Assembly: GCA_964016885.1 (NCBI GenBank)
Contig: OZ024752.1
Span: 30,690,001 to 30,754,000 of the forward strand
DNA: 64,000 bases
DNA from: Eledone cirrhosa
Taxonomy: Eukaryota
Direction: 5' to 3'
In this document: positions 52,582 through 64,000 of the stretch, in pieces
Layout: every line of letters begins with the position of its first letter
Numbering within the stretch: position 1 is the first letter of the stretch
Made by a program: the position numbers and the translations under genes
The notes under the pieces: generated by a model
What the model saw: only the letters and a program-made list of their open reading frames with translations
Database searches by the model: none
Told to the model about the DNA's origin: nothing

Positions 52582-55500
52582 GAGGAGGAGAAGCAGTAAC
52601 CTCATCAGGTAGAAACAAGTTACTGTGAGAACTTACCTTACCCAAAGCTACAGTAGTAGTAGCCATATCTAGAACAAAACTGTCATCTTTTTGTGCTGGT
52701 GCAGCAACACTGATAGGGTTGGTTCCCAATGCAGCCTAGAAAGACAAGGAAAAGACAAAGAAGATTTTATAAATATGTTAGAGAAGAAATTACTGAAAGA
52801 AATTGACACCAAACAACACAAATTTGTAACAAATCTGTCCTCACCTGGGTGACATTCAACAGTCAAATTCTGGGTTACCTTGTTTTTGGCATAAACAAGT
52901 CTATGTGTAGGCAATCTCTTGAAGTCACCCTGGTGGTTCTCAAAGCAGGGGACAGAGGAAGCGGCAGATATAAATAGCCTGTCTTAGACCAAGCAAAAAG
53001 ACAGTTCAAAGCAGTTCCTGATAGAGTAACGATGTAAAACATTTGCTTTCTACAGACCTCTTGGGGTCTACAGACTTATTACTCTCTCTCTGGGTCTTAC
53101 AGACTCTCCCCGTCTCTTGTCACTGGGCTTTGAATACTACCTTACTGTTATGACTAACGAACAATCTCGTGCTACACTCTATTTCAGCATAACGAAATAA
53201 CAGCAAAAACATTGTCAACTTTTATGATTTGTAGTAATCTTATTCTTTGTTCCTTTATTGACTGAAGTGAAGTAAATTTTATATTTAAACGAAACCATCT
53301 ATTTTTGTTGTGTTATTTCTCCTCTAACAACACTTACTATTTCACCTTTACTTCGCTTCAAATATACTACCATCACATACCTTTTTGGCTCGTGTTGGCA
53401 CCAATAGGGGAGAAGTGTTTGTAAATGCCATTCCCTATAAAATAAAAAAAAGAAACAACACAACTAAGGAAAGAACAATAGACAATAAATAAATAAATAT
53501 TTCATAATAAGTCAACATTTCTTGTGTCTATCTTAAAAAATATTATGTTGTATCCTTCAGTAAATTTTGCCTGACTATATAATTGAGTTGATATTAATAG
53601 GACATATATCTTGTTATTAACCCTTTAACATTTAAATCAGCCACATTCGGCCAGAATTCTTTCAAAGCTCTCCGTTCAAACTGGTCGTAACTGGCCACTC
53701 TTACTAACATTAAGGTCTTGTTCTCAAAATAAATATCAAAATCTCATAGATTCGATATTATCTGTGAAAATACAATAGTAAATATAGAGTAACGTGAATC
53801 CTAAAGGGTTAAACTAATGTCTTAATCCTTTAACATTTAAACCAGCCATATCCGGCCAGAATTCTCTCACCTCTTTCTGTTCAAACTGATTGTAACTGGC
53901 CGCTCATACTGACGTTAAATAAATAATATTAAAATCTCATAGATTCAATATTATGTGAGATAATTATTTGAGATAAAGCCTTTACTGTGAAAATATAATA
54001 GTATATATAGAGTAATGTAAATGCTAAAGGGTTAAATAAATGCTGCACCACCCATATTAACCCTTTAGCATGCACATTACTCCATATTTACCATTGTATT
54101 TTCACGGTAAAGGCTTTACCTCACATAATATCTAATCTATGAGATTTTTATATTATTTTGAGAACAATACCTTAACATCAGTATAAGTGGCCAGTTACAG
54201 CCAGTTTAAACAGAAAATGGTGAGATAATTCTGGCCAGATATGGCTGGTTTAAATGCTAAAGGCTTAATGTTGTGAAATCTATGTAAATGATGAACATAT
54301 AAACAATTTTTAAAATATACATTAAATGATTCAAAACTATGAAACGAGAATTCTTGCAAAATAAGGAGCTGGGTGATATCTATTATTCTATGTACTATAC
54401 ATGCACTTTTGATGAGTTGTAGAGCACCTGACACTGTACACAACAATTTTCATTATTATTATTATAGATTTGATACAGATTTAGTGTAACTTGAAAAGTT
54501 TACTTTCTTGAAGACTTACCAATAATCCTTGGTTAGTTGCTCTCATTGAGTACCAGCCAGCAATGCCAAAATGGTTGGAACCTTAGTAAATATTAAACAT
54601 ATTGAATATCACAGATATAAATATTTGAAACTGGTGAAACATTACGTAAATGCCCAAACATTTATTTTAAGCAATAAGCACCAAATCGACCCTATATGGT
54701 GGCCATGCTTGTGACATGACAAAAAGCACCCAGTCCACCCTGTAAAGTGGTTGTATTAGTGCCCCAACAAAAGGCACCCAGTCCATCCTATGAGGTGGTC
54801 ATGCTGGTGACACAACAATAAACACCCAGTCCATCCTGTACAGTGGCCATGCTGGTGACAACAAAAAGCATCCAGTCCACACTGCAAAGTGGTCACGCTA
54901 GTGACACAACAAAAGGCACCCACATTTTATAAAAGAGTAAAATGCTATAATATTATTATTACCTGAAGCACAAACCCAACCAACACCAACTTCTTTAGCT
55001 TTTTTAATTGCCAAATCAATACAAAATTTTCCAACCACAGGACCTGAAAAGAGAAATTTTAGGGTAAGAATCTGTATAAAATAAAAGTTACTAAAGAATT
55101 ATAAAATAATTTAACCCTTTAGCATTTACATTACTCTATATCTACTATTATATTTTCATAGTAAACACTTTATCTCACATAATATCGAATCTAATAGATT
55201 TTGATGTTATTTATTTTGAGAACAATACCTTAAAATAAGTATAAGTGGCCAGCTATGGCCGGTTTGAACAGAAAGAGGGAAGAAAATTCTGGCCAGATAT
55301 GACTGGTTTAAATGCTAATGGGTTAACGCTACAGAATTATCAAAAAATTTAATTTTTATATAATACTTTAAATAATGGTTTCTGATTTAGGAACAAGGCC
55401 AACAATTTTGGGGGAGGGGAAAGTCGATTAAACGACCCCAGTGTGTTACTGGTACTTTATTTTATCGACCATGTAAGGATGAATGGCAAAGCTAACCTAG

Positions 55501-57492
55501 GCGGGATTTGAACTGTAGCAATTTAAATAATGCCAAAAGCAGTTTTCCCTCTATCAAAGTTAGTATTAAAAGTCTTCTAAGAAACTCAAGCCACATATTC
55601 TAAGATAATGTAGAGACCTGCGTTCCTTGGGCTCATAGATGCATTCTCCGTGCGTTATTTGGCTCAGCTCAGCCAATCACCACCAGCGGAGGAGAATGTA
55701 TTTCTACACGCCCTGCAGGAAAAATTCCCGTGTCAGCTCAAAGAAATCTCTCTCTTGCAGCTTGGCCATACTAAGGTAAAGACCACTTATTCTTTTGCTC
55801 TGTAAGCACAAACAATATGTAACGACAAAACATTACTATGGGCCTGGCCAAACGCCTCAGCCAGTCGACCGTATTTTCTCTTCTAATCTTAATTGAATTA
55901 TTTCATTTCTCTTGGCATGCCAGCTTAATCCACCTCTTAACCTTTGTTAATAAATTATGTAAAAACATGCTAAAATCTTGGTGATATTACTATCATATCC
56001 TTCTGCTAAAGTGGTTACTCATGGCACCATTACTACTTCTATAATTCTGCTAAATTGGTGATTATTACAGCTCTGCAAAAATAATATTGTTTTTTTGTTG
56101 ATGTTGTTGTGTAGGCAGAAGGGAAATAGTTTAGGTTTAGACCATGGCTGTTGTCTAATACAAACTACGTTTCTCTTCAACCAACACCGTTTAACATCTA
56201 TTTTCCCTGCATACATAGGTTAGATAGCTGTTGCATGCTGAAGCCAGAACTGTCAGGTGGTGGTGTTGTTGGTAGTAATGGTGCAGCTGATGGTAGTTCT
56301 AATGGTAATACTGATTATACTATAATTACCAAACAGAAACTACTAAACTAACCAAGAATGTTCTGTCCATTAATCAGTGCTGTTGCAGGAGTTTCATTCA
56401 TAATTTTAGGTTCTTCTGTACCTGATGTGATTTTAGTTTCTAAATCACGAACATACATATCTGAAAGATAAAATATATTGCAGTGGATATTATATTCTGA
56501 TAAAACATTACAGTGATTATAATACTCAAATAAAATACATTACAGTAGTTATTATACTCAAATAAAATATATTACAGTAGTTATTATACTCAAATAAAAT
56601 ATATTACAGTGGTTATAATACTCAAATAGAATATATTACACTGGTTATTATACTTAAATAAAATACATTGCAGTAGTTACTATACTTAGATTAAGATTTA
56701 CTGAATTTTAAAGCAACAGACTAAAAAATATACATAGCTGTATTATGATTCACATCACAAAAAACACAGTGTACATTCAAAGAAAACAAATAAACACAAT
56801 TTTAAAAATATAATCACACTAAAAACAGTAATTTAATTGAATAAAAGGTGAGACCGAATAGAAATAAGACACAAAATGATAAGATGACATTCATGATCTG
56901 GCATACATGAAGGTATACAATTTTATATCACATATTTTTATATTTCTTCTTTAATAATAAATATAACATTAATTTATAATGTTGAGTTTGGGAAGGTGAG
57001 TGGTTTTTTTTTTTCAGTTTTCTGAATTTGGAGCGTGTTGGTTTAGCAGGAATCATGAATGCAGGTTGGCATTCGGTTCAGGGTGTTTTCTAAATTCTTG
57101 TGGACTAATTGGAGCAATACCTGTCTTCTTTATGTGTGTGTGTGTATATATATATATATGTTTAAATTTATTGGTCCACCACTGGGTAGAATTGGTCCTT
57201 CTGCAATGTTAACCAAGGGCAGTCAGCCCAACTAACAACAACAGGCTAACATAATCACCTTTGAGTCAAAAACAAAAAAAAATTTTTCTTCTCTGCTTTT
57301 TTCCTTAAAGCCTCTTGGAATGTGTTCACCATCATCCCTTTGGTATATAACTATTATGCAATATACACCTGATGATATCACCAGGTTCCTACATAATCTG
57401 GCCACTGAAATGTGCAGTGTTTGCAGAAATAAATAATTGAAGGAATTCAGCCTGTCCAGCCTTCTCTCATGTGTGTGTGTGTGTGTTTATAA

Positions 57493-57527
<35 letters not shown>

Positions 57528-60499
57528 AAAGGTAAACAGAAATAACAACACAATCGGTACAGTATATTAGGTTAATGCTTGATATAGCAGGAAGAGGGTT
57601 AGGGTTTATGACATCATCATCATGTTTCCATGCTTGCATGGGTTGGACAGGTTCTAATTCTAATATAAAACATCTGCGACTTATTTGTAGATACCTGAAA
57701 GGTTTATAAGATATTTATCTGACTGTAGAAAAGATTAAGATAAACCAAATATTTAAAGAAAACAACAAAACTACTTTATCTTAAATATCTTAATGACCTT
57801 TGAAAATAAATAAATAGAATGTAGGGTATATCATGATTCTCATCAACATTCATTTAAAAGCCATAACATAAAAATTATCTACAAAGCATCGTTTAACGTC
57901 CATCTTCCACACAAATAAAGGTTTATTCTAGATTAATTTCATATGTATGTATGGTGCATATGGTCCTGTAACTTCTAAGGGAGTCATAAGGGTGCCGCAT
58001 TTCTAGGGTATTTGTAAAAACCTGGTGGGCCCATGTCTCTCCAGGTCTGAATATAACAGATTTCTTCTGGAGAGGGATAGAGAGTGAAAGAATGGAAGTG
58101 AGAAAGAGATATAAAGGAAGAATCGACTCCAGTATTAGACTGGTACTTTTTTAATCAACCTTGAATGGATGAAAGGCTAAGTTGGCCTAGGTAGGATTTG
58201 AACTTAGAGAGCATTCTATCCGACATTCTAATGACTCTGTCAATTCACTGCCTTATTTTCATATACTTCACTCCAAAAGTAGTAATAGATAGTCAGCAAG
58301 TTAAGTCTAAGAGATGCAGGTCCAATTCTTGAGCAAGTTATTTCTTATCACAGGCCAATATCTACAATATCTGATCTCTTCATGATAGATCAACCTTCTA
58401 GTAAACTACTTTCTTACATAAGGAAAGACACATTGGATAATGTATTCTTAGATACACTGATAAATAAAGTTGAGATAGTTACAGTTTGAATGTCTTTCAT
58501 CATAGGTTGGGTCAATCAAACCAGATCTGGACAACAACAACAACAACACCACCACCAACAAATATATTAGATGAAGACAAAGTCTTAAATATTGAACTCA
58601 CAATTAATCTAAGGTTTAGGTATTTTTCCTTTAATTTCTTCCTAAAAACTTGTTCCTTTTTATGAATAAATCTATTCTATAAATGTATTTCCACCAAATA
58701 TTTTATAGCTCCAATACTTCAGATTACAATACTTGCATTTTAAGCAGAGACCCCAGATGTTATAGACTTTGAAAGACATTGTGTCTAACAAAGATTGACA
58801 GAATTTTGGGATTATGGATATAATACAACTACGAAGGTAGGTAAAAAGTTCATAGGCTGATTATGAAGGAGTGATGCAAGAGCTGTGAAATCTTGCATGC
58901 ATTGATTTCAACTCTTCTTAATAATAACTGCATTGTTTCTTTCCAGGGACAATGTTGAAAAATAAACTTGATTTTGTTTCATTCCATTAGAGTGTCTTGG
59001 TCAGCCTATGAACTTTTTCAGCTGATCCTCATATAGCAATAATTATAAAATAAAGCGCAGTAATATCTAATATCGTTGTATAAGAGAACATAATTTCACT
59101 CAGTGGCATATTTTAAAATGGGACAGGTGGGTATAAAGGATAAGTGCCTTTTCCTTCAGCTTCTGTGATTTGAAAAAAATATTTAATAAATCTTATAGCA
59201 ATTTGAGATAAACACCACACAAAAGTATACTATCAGTTAGGTAGTACGAAACTATTAAGCGCGAATATATATATGTATATATCTTCTTTCTCGCTCACTT
59301 ATTTCTAAGAGAATCGTGGGGGGAAGAGTCCTCAAACACTCCTTCCAGCGGATCCTTTCAGAAGCAACCATCTCCAATTGATCTGGCTGGATCCCCAAGC
59401 GAGACCAGCCAAGCTCATGGATGTTATCCAACCATCTTGCTCGGGGTATACCCCCGGGTCTCCTGCCGATTAGTTTTGCCAGTAAAATCTGTCCAGCGAT
59501 TCTAACCCAATGCACATAGTATCGGAGCTGTGATCTTTCAATTCGAAGAAGTAGCGGCCTTCTCTAATCTCCGAGCTACGCACTCTATTGAGTAACATTA
59601 CTCCAAAGACCTTTCGGAGGAACTCCATTTCGGTCGGTCGCTTGTATTCGTGATATATATATATATATATTAATCGTTTAGTCGACGTACGTTAACTAAA
59701 CGTCCTACTTAAAAAGTATGGTACTGCCAGAATCTGTATGTTGTCTTCTTTCCATTTCTGAGGCAGTGTGGTTTAATTTAAGGGGGGATTTAGCTGTTAC
59801 TTTTAGCAGACGAGGCGGACATGTTGAGGCTAGGTCGTTGAAATACTTAACAAGAAAGTTAACTCTCAATAATTTTCTACTAAATGTACATTGGGAGAGA
59901 GAGTGAAAGACACGCGGAGAGAAGAAGACAAAGAGTGAGACAGACAAAGAGAAAGTGGGAAAGAGTGATACACAGAGAGGAAGAGAGTTATCTCCCCTTA
60001 TTCAACACGTTAACACCCTTAGAAAAAATTACGAATAATTTTCCACTTATTTTCTTGTCTATAGAAATCCCAGGTTTTATGTTGCTAATGTGAGATGGTT
60101 AGTATTAATCATACATAATAATTTATCACTTTAGGGACTGTAAGTAAATGTATAATATAATAAACTAACGCGAACGTATTAATTGTAAACACATGCGTAG
60201 TACATATGTATTAATAAATATGTAAACAATATGCGTAGTACATATGTATTAATAAATATGTAAACAATATGCGTAATACATTTTTGATCGAGTAGATTTA
60301 TAAGATTAAAGGGATTTCAGCTATGGCCATTTCATCATAATAGAAGCAGGTTGGACTACATTATTTAATGTATCCTGTTTTTATATACAACGGCGTGGTG
60401 GTGTGATTTGATGGAGATTTGCCTACATAGGGGATTCCTCGTCGACACGAACGATGCAAATTGATACCGGTTGTTACGACAAACACACACACTACCCCC

Positions 60500-60533
<34 letters not shown>

Positions 60534-61205
60534 TATATATATCTAATATAGAAATGGCTTCTACAGGACTAGAACTGTTTCATTCGAGGGAATCATTAGG
60601 AAAGCCTACTGTCAATGTGTTATGGTGGTGATTGACGTGGGTGGAGGTCATTGGCCGATGGATTGTTCGTGGTCTTTAAATGGTTTCTTAGGTTGAATTG
60701 GAGGTCATTGGCTGACAGTCGGTTTTCCTGATGATTTCCTTCGAAGGAAACAGTTCTAGTCCCGTAGAAGCTATTTCTAGATTAAATATTTATACTCTGC
60801 TATGTATTGAGTACCTTACTTACTGTGGTTACCCCCGATTGAACCCGGGATACACACACACATATATATATATATATAATATATATATATATGGTGGCTG
60901 CAACTCGATTTCGAGTAATGCTATCGCTTGATATTTAAGTATCACGTATGTGGCTTTTTAGTCCTGTTAGGGACTTGCCTATTGACAGCAATACCATGCA
61001 TGGAAAAAAAACACACACACAAACACATACATAGAGAAATAAACTTACCTAGTCTGTTCAGCCCATGACTAAAATGTCCCCGTGTGTCAGCGGCCACCAA
61101 TAATTCAGCTAAAGCCTCGGCATGTGAAGTTTTACCTCCAACTTTCTCAATACATCTCACCACAAACGAAAACAATTCTTCAGTGCTCACAACTCTTGCT
61201 GCCAT
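43616..61205 (-). CDS. Ldh_2/MDH2-family NAD(P)-dependent oxidoreductase (YjmC/ComC/AllD/DpkA-like), 12 coding exons, 357 aa
   Basis: Exons (minus): 61205-61049, 56460-56353, 55043-54963, 54581-54520, 53434-53381, 52735-52637, 52247-52182, 50188-50119, 48994-48876, 47136-47041, 45105-44995, 43666-43616. All introns are GT-AG and phase-consistent; 1074 nt, no internal stop. Family motifs: [68 protein letters not shown]. Confidence 0.93.
44995..45105 (-). CDS. Ldh_2 oxidoreductase exon 11
   Basis: TTCTAG| [37 protein letters not shown] |GTAAGT. Confidence 0.9.
45770..46560 (-). mobile_element. CR1-type LINE 3' remnant containing an internal 61-bp tandem array
   Basis: Peptide [36 protein letters not shown] matches the CR1 ORF2 C-terminus pattern (FFxxRVxxxWNxLP). 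Shorter 3' UTR pieces of the same family lie at ~49450-49530 and ~54390-54460. Confidence 0.8.
45990..46482. repeat. 61-bp tandem repeat x8
   Basis: TGCAGCTAAT recurs at 46021, 46082, 46143, 46204, 46265, 46326, 46387 and 46448. Confidence 0.95.
47041..47136 (-). CDS. Ldh_2 oxidoreductase exon 10
   Basis: TTCTAG| [32 protein letters not shown] |GTAAGA. Confidence 0.9.
47265..48170. repeat. ~25-bp minisatellite, roughly 35 units
   Basis: Unit TTAATTAGACAGACTAATGTCCCCC. Confidence 0.95.
48876..48994 (-). CDS. Ldh_2 oxidoreductase exon 9
   Basis: ATTCAG| [40 protein letters not shown] |GTATGT. Confidence 0.92.
50119..50188 (-). CDS. Ldh_2 oxidoreductase exon 8
   Basis: TATCAG| [23 protein letters not shown] |GTATGT. 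Confidence 0.9.
50600..52135 (-). mobile_element. RTE-type LINE 3' remnant whose 5' part is expanded into a 70-bp tandem array (~19 units, ~50770-52135)
   Basis: GAACTGTGAT recurs every 70 nt from 50821 to 52081. On the minus strand the unit translates to [22 protein letters not shown] (RTE xLRWxGHVxRM motif). 50610-50820 is homologous to the RTE remnant at 59290-59650. Confidence 0.85.
52182..52247 (-). CDS. Ldh_2 oxidoreductase exon 7
   Basis: TTCCAG| [22 protein letters not shown] |GTAAGC. Confidence 0.9.
52637..52735 (-). CDS. Ldh_2 oxidoreductase exon 6
   Basis: TTCTAG| [33 protein letters not shown] |GTAAGT. Confidence 0.92.
53381..53434 (-). CDS. Ldh_2 oxidoreductase exon 5
   Basis: TTATAG| [18 protein letters not shown] |GTATGT. 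Confidence 0.9.
54520..54581 (-). CDS. Ldh_2 oxidoreductase exon 4
   Basis: ACTAAG| [21 protein letters not shown] |GTAAGT. Confidence 0.9.
54700..54925. repeat. Short tandem array of a SINE-internal segment
   Basis: AAAAGCACCCAGTCCA.CCTGTAAAGTGG.CATGCTGGTGACAC repeated about 4 times. A similar motif occurs in the SINE copy at ~45440-45465. Confidence 0.7.
54963..55043 (-). CDS. Ldh_2 oxidoreductase exon 3
   Basis: TTTCAG| [27 protein letters not shown] |GTAATA. Confidence 0.9.
56353..56460 (-). CDS. Ldh_2 oxidoreductase exon 2
   Basis: TTTCAG| [36 protein letters not shown] |GTTAGT. Confidence 0.9.
56470..56690. repeat. AT-rich ~32-bp tandem repeat next to the exon 2 acceptor
   Basis: ATAAAATATATTACAGTGGTTATTATACTCAA repeated about 6-7 times. 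Confidence 0.85.
58832..59031. mobile_element. Tc1/mariner-type MITE
   Basis: TA-flanked; inner TIR AAAAAGTTCATAGGCTGA / TCAGCCTATGAACTTTTT. Confidence 0.75.
59290..59650 (-). mobile_element. RTE-type LINE 3' remnant
   Basis: Peptide [16 protein letters not shown]...ASERIRW fits the RTE C-terminal R..GRP..RW.D motif. Confidence 0.75.
61049..61205 (-). CDS. Ldh_2 oxidoreductase exon 1
   Basis: [14 protein letters not shown]...[10 protein letters not shown]; donor G|GTAAGT. Confidence 0.92.
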
Positions 61206-61272
61206 TGTTATTATATTGCTTCCTCACTTTATTTCTCTACACTAATAGTGCCTATCAAATAGAAATACGACC

Positions 61273-61280
61273 TATTTATA
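61273..61280 (-). promoter_or_regulatory. Candidate TATA box of the Ldh_2 oxidoreductase gene
   Basis: Minus-strand TATAAATA about 70 nt upstream of the ATG. Weak evidence in AT-rich DNA. Confidence 0.35.
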
Positions 61281-61703
61281 ATAATGATATTTTGATATCG
61301 AGGTGGGTACACACCACGAATAACACTTTCTATGTGTTTTTAACTTTTAACTACCACTACTACTCGCATGTTTATCTTATCAGAAACCACTCCCTTCCCC
61401 TTTTTTACACTGCTTTTTCCAATTGAATTTTTATATTTTCAAAGGCACTATTATAAAAGCTCGCTCTTCGTTGTATATAAGCAATGAGAACAGAAACTGA
61501 AATACTGACAAATAAGTTAATACAAAATCTCCGTATTTCTAAACTAATTTATTCTATTCTATATCTTGCTATTCATATCTGGTTACATTTAATTCTTTTT
61601 TCTTTTCTTCATTGAAATAATTCCCTTTATTATTTACTTACATATTCACTCAGTTATTTACAATATGTTTTATCACCCCACCCCCAACAGGTTTCATAAG
61701 ATA

Positions 61704-63970
61704 TGTTTCTTTTATTTGCCACCAGGGCATCAAAAGTGGGACAAGTACAAAGGGGGGAGTTTACACAAAAAGGCGTCCTCAATAAGGAGGAGGCAATAAC
61801 AATGTATAAAAATAAAATAAAATATAACAAAAAATAAAATTTATAACAAAGTCCTCAATAGAGAGGAGGCGCCTTGGGGGGGTCGCACACACCCCCGAAA
61901 AAAGTGCGCAACCCTTTTCCTCAGGAGCACAGAGAGGGGGTGCTCCCTCGTTCCTTCCTCTTTTCCACCTACAGGCTTATGTAAAGAGAAGGCCCATTCA
62001 CACGGGCCATTCTCGCCACTTTCACCCACCTTTCATAAAAACGACTGGGGTGGAGCACCTCTCTCTCCATCCTGATCCTTCTTCCGAAATGATATCGGAA
62101 GAAACGGACCAGTTGTTGGCCAGAGAGAAAGGTGCCTGACCTCAGTCCTTTCAGACGCGTCCACCATACAATTTCTTTCACCATGGCTATTACGCACAGA
62201 AACACCGCCTCTCCTTCATCTTTGAAGGGGGGAGGCGGCTTGATCATTACAATAGACTCGGTGGTCAACTGGATCGGTCCCACCCTTGACAGCAGTTGTT
62301 CGATATAGCCCCACAGATCGGCTACGCCCGAGCAGTGTACCAATGCGTGTGAAACGGTTTCCTCGTCGCACACGCATCTGGGACAGATCTTTTTGGCGGG
62401 GTCCCTACCCGGGCGCCCGTGTCTGTAGAGCTTTTCTCGAACGGGTAGAGCCCCTCGGTAGCACTGCCAGGCCAGGGACTTCTGGAAGTTGTCCATAGGT
62501 CCCGGGCTGAATGTCCTACCGAACAGGCTGGCCAGTTCGTCCTCCTCCATGTCTAGGGCTTCTCCGAGGGCGTCGTCGCACCTGCTGCGTACCAGCCCTC
62601 TATAGAATGTTGCGGTGGAGTCTCCACTGATAACCGGATCCGCCTGCCAGAGGGTGGTGAGCGCCTGGGCACACTCAGTGTGCCAGGCGCCCAGTTTTCT
62701 CGGTCTTTGCTTGACCCAGGATTGCAGCTCGGTGAGTGAGACGAGTCTGGGAAAGCTTCGTCTCACAAACGAGGCCCACACCGGTTGACCGGTGAGGAAT
62801 ACGTAGAGGTGCCGTAGCCTTAATGCGTGTTTACGCATCATTAGCCACGGCATCCCCAGCCCTCCTTTCGAAGGGTGTTGACAGCAGATGGATCTCCTTA
62901 CCATAGGAGCCCGCCTCTTCCAAAGGAATTGGAAGAGCGCGCGCTCCATCTTGGTTAGGGTTTCCCTTGGGCAGGGCACTACGGTCAGGCGGTAGTAGAT
63001 GACGGACGCTATATAGGTGTTCGCCACCTCCGCCCGACCTTTCAGGGATAGTTTGCAACTGGCCCACTTCTGGGTCAGTGCAAACACCCTGTTCGTAACC
63101 TCCGCCCAGTTTTTCTCCACCTGGAGGCCCGTCCGAACCAGATCCCGAGCAACTTCACCGGGCCCTCCGTCCAGCGTCCGACGACGCCATCGGAGGGCAT
63201 CGGTCTGCCCCTCCACGTGCCGAGTTGCAAACCGATCGACTTGTCCCGGTTCAGCTTAGTCCCTGTGAACCTTTCGTACTCCTCCAGTAAGGTGCCGACC
63301 GCCTCGATTTCGGAGGCCGTCTACACCATTACTGTCACGTCATCGGCGTAGGCCGACACCGCTTTCCGTAATCCCGGTTCCAAAGAGATGCCCTGCAACA
63401 ACTCCAACTTCCGCAGTAGTGGCTCGAGAGTCAACACATACAAAAGGGAGGAGAGAGGGCACCCTTGTCGGATGGACCGCGCGATTTTGAACGGCTCCGA
63501 GAGGTAGCCGTTCCCCTTGACTCTAGAGCAGATGCGGTCGCTGTGCATAGCAGTGATCCAGCCCCTGAAAACGGGTCCGAAGCCTGCCGCCGCTAGCACC
63601 GCATCCAGGTAACCATGGTCGACCCTATCGAACGCCTTAGATTGATCCAAGTTGATCAGAGCCCCACCAAAGCCGGGTTCGTTCCCAACCCTCTCTATGA
63701 TGTATCGCATGAGGTGGAGGTTGTCATGGATGGACCTGGACGGGATAGCGCATGTCTGTGCATCTCCCACCAGGTTGCCCACGACAAGCGCCAACCTCTT
63801 TGCTAGCACCTTGGCCAAAATCTGTAACTCTGTATTTAGCAGGGCCTGAAGTTACTTATTTCGTCCCCCTTGTTCTCGTCCTTCCTCACTAGCGTGACTA
63901 TGCCCTTGGTCACAGTACAGGGAATTCTCCCGTTCTGTTGCCAGTTGCAGTAGACCGCCTCGAGGAGATC
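61704..63970 (-). mobile_element. 5'-truncated Tx1/L1-clade LINE with a perfect 14-bp TSD
   Basis: GGTTTCATAAGATA at 61690-61703 and 63971-63984. Markedly GC-richer than the host. Minus-strand AATAAA near the 3' end (~61716-61711). Confidence 0.92.
61969..63960 (-). pseudogene. LINE ORF2 fragment: reverse transcriptase and C-terminal zinc-binding domain, frameshifted
   Basis: RT motifs LINLDQSKAFDRVDH, IRQGCPLS and AYADD (63818-63321); LSLKGR, KGGLG and CPRC...ETVSHALVHC (63216-61969). The frame breaks near 63320-63220 and 63850. Confidence 0.9.
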
Positions 63971-64000
63971 GGTTTCATAAGATAGCTCTATAAGTTGTAT

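Noticed and set aside
55600-55900. Locally GC-richer intronic patch with a CCAAT box and a short inverted repeat
   Set aside because: No ORF, TSD or recognisable RNA fold; probably a transposon fragment, with nothing specific to claim.
61969-63849. GC-rich segment as possible bacterial contamination or horizontal transfer
   Set aside because: It is a eukaryotic L1/Tx1 reverse transcriptase bounded by a TSD within host-like DNA.

Overview
AT-rich, repeat-dense animal genomic DNA; the SINE/MITE content, (TA)n load and CTCF sequence suggest a mollusc, probably a cephalopod (inference). It contains two convergent spliced genes: CTCF on + (11 C2H2 fingers plus the YDF cohesin-binding motif; coding 17408-28330) and a 12-exon, 357-aa Ldh_2/MDH2-family oxidoreductase on - (61205-43616). 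The most unusual item is at 1937-5642: a non-autonomous Helitron-like element (hairpin+CTAG 3' end, TC 5' end, A|T target) carrying about 2.5 kb of a degraded parvovirus/densovirus-like genome. Its PLA2-bearing capsid gene lies UPSTREAM of, and abuts, an HUH Rep/NS1 gene. The window also holds two families of Penelope-type foldback repeats with minimal hammerhead ribozyme motifs, a 5'-truncated Tx1/L1 LINE with a perfect 14-bp TSD about 0.5 kb upstream of the oxidoreductase, several minisatellites seeded from LINE coding sequence, a 5.5-kb (TA)-based satellite, and many tRNA-type SINEs and piggyBac/hAT/mariner MITEs. All calls were made by eye, without database searches; repeat boundaries are approximate unless a TSD or TIR is quoted.
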